Positions 60,020-64,000 of a stretch of 64,000 bases of DNA are shown here, piece by piece (the first letter of the stretch is position 1; each line of letters begins with the position of its first letter). Both the position numbers and the translations under genes were made by a program. This DNA is from a virus (lineage: Duplodnaviria; Caudoviricetes), in IMG/VR virus record IMGVR_UViG_3300032281_000616, positions 1 to 64,000 of that record, one strand, 5' to 3'. A model generated the notes under the pieces. It saw nothing but the letters and a program-made list of their open reading frames with translations, had not been told where the DNA came from and did not search any database.

Positions 60020-60449
60020 ATTTGATACATTATATAGAGAATTAATGATAGAAATGGCTAGACCAGCAACTTTTCTAGCATTCGATCAACAATTAAACAA
60101 TGCTTATGCTCAATGTTTGAAAATTATGAGAATGTATGGAGAAACAAACGCTCCAACTTTTGCTATTTGGGATTATATTTGGAGATGTTTACCATCCGAG
60201 GTCAAAGACGTTTACGGAGAAGAAAGAAAAAAACATAGTTCTCCAACATTAAAACATTTTATGTGTGATCTATTAAAAAACAAGCTGAACCCCCAAATTA
60301 GAGTTCAGCTTGTTGAAGATTTGACAAATGAATCTAAAATTAGATCGTATGTCAATAGACCTCTAAACGGTAGAGGTAATAGGGCTAAGGGTGCAGCTAA
60401 TCAATCAGGATTATCTCCTTGGTCATTAGATGATGTTTCTTCAATGTGA
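60012..60449 (+). CDS. hypothetical late protein
   Basis: Coupled; MSEFDTLYRELMIEMAR. Confidence 0.55.
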   Translation: MSEFDTLYRELMIEMARPATFLAFDQQLNNAYAQCLKIMRMYGETNAPTFAIWDYIWRCLPSEVKDVYGEERKKHSSPTLKHFMCDLLKNKLNPQIRVQLVEDLTNESKIRSYVNRPLNGRGNRAKGAANQSGLSPWSLDDVSSM

Positions 60450-61618
60450 TCTAACTTATCTGAAACCTTTTGTTTCAGCTTTTTCAAAGTATCTAGTGGA
60501 TTCGATGATTCTTCCACCAATTCTTCCTCGTCATCATCAAATTCTGTTGGTATTTCTTCCACATAATCAACACCGTATGTCCACTCCTTTTGAATTCTCT
60601 TTTCAAACTCTGGAATTAAGGTATTTTCCCAAAGATCCTTATCTTTAGACCAAGATTTGAGATATCCTAGCTTATTACCGTTCCAATCATAGTAAGTAGA
60701 TCCCTTATTATCAATAATCTCTAGACCTTTCATCAACTCAGCTAATCCATAATATCTGTTAAGACCTGTTGAGAATGATAGATACATTTCACCTTCAAGA
60801 TATTGCTTAATCAAGCGATTCTTTACGGTTAATGCTCTGATTACAACACCTGAATACTTCTTCTGACCAGCAGCAAGTTTAGATTCGAGTGTTTTTCCAC
60901 CATCATCAGCAACTAATTTTCTAGCAAGTTGAACTGTTGTAGTTGGAAGATATACAGCAGCTTTTCCACCAGCAATATCTTTCTCAATTGTTGGAAACAT
61001 CTGTGCTGGATTATCATAAATATGGTTAGTCATAATAATCGGACATTTTGTGATAGTTGAGTAGATGTTGCAAGTCTTAAGAAGACTTTTAACAGATTTA
61101 GCGAATGTTCCCATATCAGCAGATTCACTATCCTTTTCCATTCTAGTTTTCTCCATTGCTGAAAGCATATTAGCAACTGAATCGATAGCGATAATGATCT
61201 TACCATGTAGATTGTTTTCTTCTACATGGGTTAAAATTTTCATCACACCATTTCGACATTGTTCGATGGATTTAGGATTGGAATATTTGACTTTATTAAC
61301 ATCCAAACCAAATCTCTTAGCACCTACAGCATCGATACCACCTTCTGTATCGAATAATACAACACCCATTCCTTGTCTTTGAGCATTTGCTAAGATTTGT
61401 AAAAGGAAACCACTCTTGAAAGTCTGGGAAGCACCTACAAACTGTGTAATACGTCCTTTGGGAATTCCCCTCTTTGTTGATCCAGAAATCAATGCATTAA
61501 GCATTAAACTCCCGGTATCAATCCAATCATCGTCTCCTAAAAACGATTCATTTAAATACTTTGCACTGATATCAATCTCGTTAAGAGAATCGAGTGCTTT
61601 TTTAATATCTCTATCCAT
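60401..61618 (-). CDS. uvsX: RecA-like recombinase
   Basis: IDTGSLMLNALISG...GIPKGRIT...GASQTFKS, IDSVANM, MTNHIY, AGGKA. Confidence 0.9.
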   Translation of the reverse strand: MDRDIKKALDSLNEIDISAKYLNESFLGDDDWIDTGSLMLNALISGSTKRGIPKGRITQFVGASQTFKSGFLLQILANAQRQGMGVVLFDTEGGIDAVGAKRFGLDVNKVKYSNPKSIEQCRNGVMKILTHVEENNLHGKIIIAIDSVANMLSAMEKTRMEKDSESADMGTFAKSVKSLLKTCNIYSTITKCPIIMTNHIYDNPAQMFPTIEKDIAGGKAAVYLPTTTVQLARKLVADDGGKTLESKLAAGQKKYSGVVIRALTVKNRLIKQYLEGEMYLSFSTGLNRYYGLAELMKGLEIIDNKGSTYYDWNGNKLGYLKSWSKDKDLWENTLIPEFEKRIQKEWTYGVDYVEEIPTEFDDDEEELVEESSNPLDTLKKLKQKVSDKLDHIEETSSNDQGDNPD

Positions 61619-61622
61619 AATT

Positions 61623-61820
61623 TTAACAAAGTGGGTTGGTTGAAAGTCCTGTGAATCTTGTATTGATTAATTCATACCCTAAAGTTTCTTTTCTAAAGAC
61701 TAATTCAAGATGTGAACGAATCATATTCATTGTTTCGGGTGTTGCTCCTGAACTATGATCTATGGTATCGTTTAACTCAAACCATCCCTGTAACCAATAG
61801 CAAAAGTTATCAGATGTCAT
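61623..61820 (-). CDS. small hypothetical phage protein
   Basis: MTSDNFCYWLQGWFEL N-terminus; start at 61820 preferred. Confidence 0.5.
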   Translation of the reverse strand: MTSDNFCYWLQGWFELNDTIDHSSGATPETMNMIRSHLELVFRKETLGYELINTRFTGLSTNPLC

Positions 61821-62154
61821 CAATACTAATAACTTTAGGTTGGGTTTGTTTTGGTTCTTCTGGTGGAGTATTGATCTTCTCATATTGAGAGAGAATGCGT
61901 TCATCCAGAACTACATTACTAGTCACAACATTTGACTTCGTGTAAGTCCAAGCATTCTTATCTCTATTACTCTTATCAATGAACTCGAAGAAAAATGTTG
62001 GGAATGTCTGAACCTCCAATTGTCCGTTTTGTTGAGGTTGAACGTGTAGAATAACTGGATTCTGAATAGTGATTACAGAATCAGTTTCTTCGACCAATTT
62101 TCCGATAATATTTCGACCCACATGGTCGATAATTGCTACGTGCTTATTTGTCAT
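61810..62154 (-). CDS. hypothetical protein
   Basis: 114 aa, beta-rich. Confidence 0.5.
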   Translation of the reverse strand: MTNKHVAIIDHVGRNIIGKLVEETDSVITIQNPVILHVQPQQNGQLEVQTFPTFFFEFIDKSNRDKNAWTYTKSNVVTSNVVLDERILSQYEKINTPPEEPKQTQPKVISIDDI

Positions 62155-62175
62155 ACACCTAAATTTATCATATTA

Positions 62176-62424
62176 TTACTGAGAGTCAAGTAATGCTCTT
62201 GAATTATCAAGTTCTTTTTTAGCGTATTTACCTACATTACTCTTTTTATTGTTAGCCAATCCATTGATGTAATCTAGTTGAATCCTGAGAGCGTTTTTTA
62301 ATTTCTCTAATTCTGGATTGTTGTAAGAGTCTAGTGGTTGATCGTATATCAACTGAGTTAGTATTTTGATAGTAATAGCCTCGCTATCGTCCAGTCCTTT
62401 ACAGTAAGCTTGATTTATTGTCAT
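62176..62424 (-). CDS. hypothetical protein
   Basis: 82 aa downstream of the polymerase. Confidence 0.5.
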   Translation of the reverse strand: MTINQAYCKGLDDSEAITIKILTQLIYDQPLDSYNNPELEKLKNALRIQLDYINGLANNKKSNVGKYAKKELDNSRALLDSQ

Positions 62425-62430
62425 AATTTT

Positions 62431-64000
62431 TTAACTGAGAAAATCCTCTAATTCTACTCTAACATTTTCGTTTGGTTTTCGTAATGTCCAATTTACTGCG
62501 TTGTAAAACGCTTTAACTGATGCGAATACAATTTTATCAAACTGTTTCTCATAGTCGACCTCAAAAAGGTCTTCAAATTCTTTTGGATATTTGTTATGGA
62601 AAGCGATTGTCTCCAAACCATATCTATTCGGTGTTTTTAAACTAACAAATCTAACTTTATCCCCACTTTTAAACTTCGGGTATTTGTTATTAAGTTTAAA
62701 TTCTTTGATTATGTAATCGTGTCTATATGCTGCCTTCAAAGCGACAGGCATTCCCTTAGCAGTTTTCAACGCATCACACTTTCTAGAATATTCTTCATAA
62801 TTATTCATTCCACTAATATTGCATATGTTATGATACGGCAAAGATTTAAACTTTTCATATGCGTCATTAAAATAAGAATTACACTTTTCTCTATTCTTTT
62901 CTAAGATTAGACATTCTATTACAGTCTTGATGTATGGTTTAACCACCTTTGGCATTTTTCCAGTAACCACAGCAACACCCTTGTATTTGAATTTGTTGAC
63001 TTTAAGACCTTCATCATCTAATACATGCAAAACGTATTGTTTCTTTTCTAAGAAAATTCCAGCATCACAAACAGATTCCCTTTTATACACAATCCTAGAA
63101 TCCAAGGATCTAAATTTTTTAGAAACCCATTCGGATATATGTGTGTTGATATAATCAGATATTTTATCACACTCTTCATAGAATTTATCTGATATTTTAT
63201 CTCCCTCTAAAAGATTCAATCCATACTTATCTTCTAAAATATGAAGAGAGAAATATCCTGAGTCTGTATCAGCCCCAATACAACAATTCTCTGCTTCCTC
63301 ATCAGAAATTCCATATGTATTCTGCATATATTCCACAAACAAATCTCTGTTTTTTCCATTGATTGCTTGTCCAGTCAATGTAATTGATGCCGCAATATCA
63401 TCATCACCTAAAGGAGCATAAGCATTTCCCATGTAACCATACATAGAATTTAGACAAATCTTATAAGCGTTTTGGAATGTGTCGCATTTTTGGATCTCAG
63501 ATTCTAGGTTTTTTATTTCTTCTGGAGATAACTTATCCTTATTATCGTTTAAATAACCTTCCTTCTCTTTACCAAGATTCTTCATGTTCTTCCTTTTTGT
63601 GTAAAGGTTCTCTAAGAATTCTGGCATCAATCCCTTCTCTTTTTGTGTGAATAAATGTTTAGATTTTGATATTGCAACCTTCTCCTCCTTTAAATATTTG
63701 GCAAAGGCGTCTTTGTTGAGTGTAAATGTTCTACCTGAAACATGATGTATATTATAGTCGTCTCCAATAGTCTCAAGACTACCTAATTTAGTCTCTGGAG
63801 AGATATTCAAAGATATCATAATACTTGGGTAAAGCGAATTAGCATCGAAAGATACAACATTTCGAACGTGACCAACCTTTGGGTCTTGAACAGCACCACC
63901 CGGATTCTTTCCATCTTTAAGAGTCCTATAAAATGTAGAAATATATTTGTTATGCTGTCTAGCTTTGATGGCTACAGCACCATTAATTACCGGAACGGTA
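62431..64000 (-). CDS. gp43: family B DNA polymerase, C-terminal part (runs off right edge)
   Basis: Frame is open upstream of track start 63819: SFDANSLYPS; then KICLNSMYG, ADTDS, KKQY..KG. Confidence 0.95.
   Translation of the reverse strand, partial: TVPVINGAVAIKARQHNKYISTFYRTLKDGKNPGGAVQDPKVGHVRNVVSFDANSLYPSIMISLNISPETKLGSLETIGDDYNIHHVSGRTFTLNKDAFAKYLKEEKVAISKSKHLFTQKEKGLMPEFLENLYTKRKNMKNLGKEKEGYLNDNKDKLSPEEIKNLESEIQKCDTFQNAYKICLNSMYGYMGNAYAPLGDDDIAASITLTGQAINGKNRDLFVEYMQNTYGISDEEAENCCIGADTDSGYFSLHILEDKYGLNLLEGDKISDKFYEECDKISDYINTHISEWVSKKFRSLDSRIVYKRESVCDAGIFLEKKQYVLHVLDDEGLKVNKFKYKGVAVVTGKMPKVVKPYIKTVIECLILEKNREKCNSYFNDAYEKFKSLPYHNICNISGMNNYEEYSRKCDALKTAKGMPVALKAAYRHDYIIKEFKLNNKYPKFKSGDKVRFVSLKTPNRYGLETIAFHNKYPKEFEDLFEVDYEKQFDKIVFASVKAFYNAVNWTLRKPNENVRVELEDFLS

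Noticed and set aside
60401-60449. 49-nt convergent overlap of uvsX and the 60012-60449 gene
   Set aside because: Both tails are low complexity; ordinary compaction
62431-64000. Intein or unusual motif C (GADTDS) in the DNA polymerase
   Set aside because: No insertion in the visible part; the residues before DTDS vary among T4-like polymerases
1-64000. Stop-codon reassignment; host assignment from A-rich start contexts; GATC bias
   Set aside because: Core genes are intact in the standard code; host and k-mer bias need computation that could not be run

Overview
AT-rich 64 kb segment of a large T4-like myophage genome read in the standard genetic code; both window ends cut through genes. Left part: tail and baseplate genes (gp26-like, gp19, gp18, gp3-like, gp6, gp25), neck gp14, and a terminase gp17 in two pieces that carries a class 3 LAGLIDADG intein and an atypically split intein. 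Middle: large virion and tail-fibre genes ending in a mucin-like Thr/Ser/Pro protein and a glycosyltransferase with ppGalNAc-T-like motifs. Right: replication genes (gp44 lies separately at 24.7-25.6 kb; then gp61, gp45, gp32, a fractured gp41 with a split intein, UvsX, gp43), a Dam-like methylase, a second glycosyltransferase and an ADP-ribosyltransferase-like gene. Five homing-endonuclease-type elements are present, one decayed. About 30 genes have TAAATA exactly 5-6 nt before the start codon with no room for a Shine-Dalgarno site, which suggests leaderless late mRNAs. No tRNA, rRNA or CRISPR array was recognised. All product calls come from motif recognition by eye; no database search was run.
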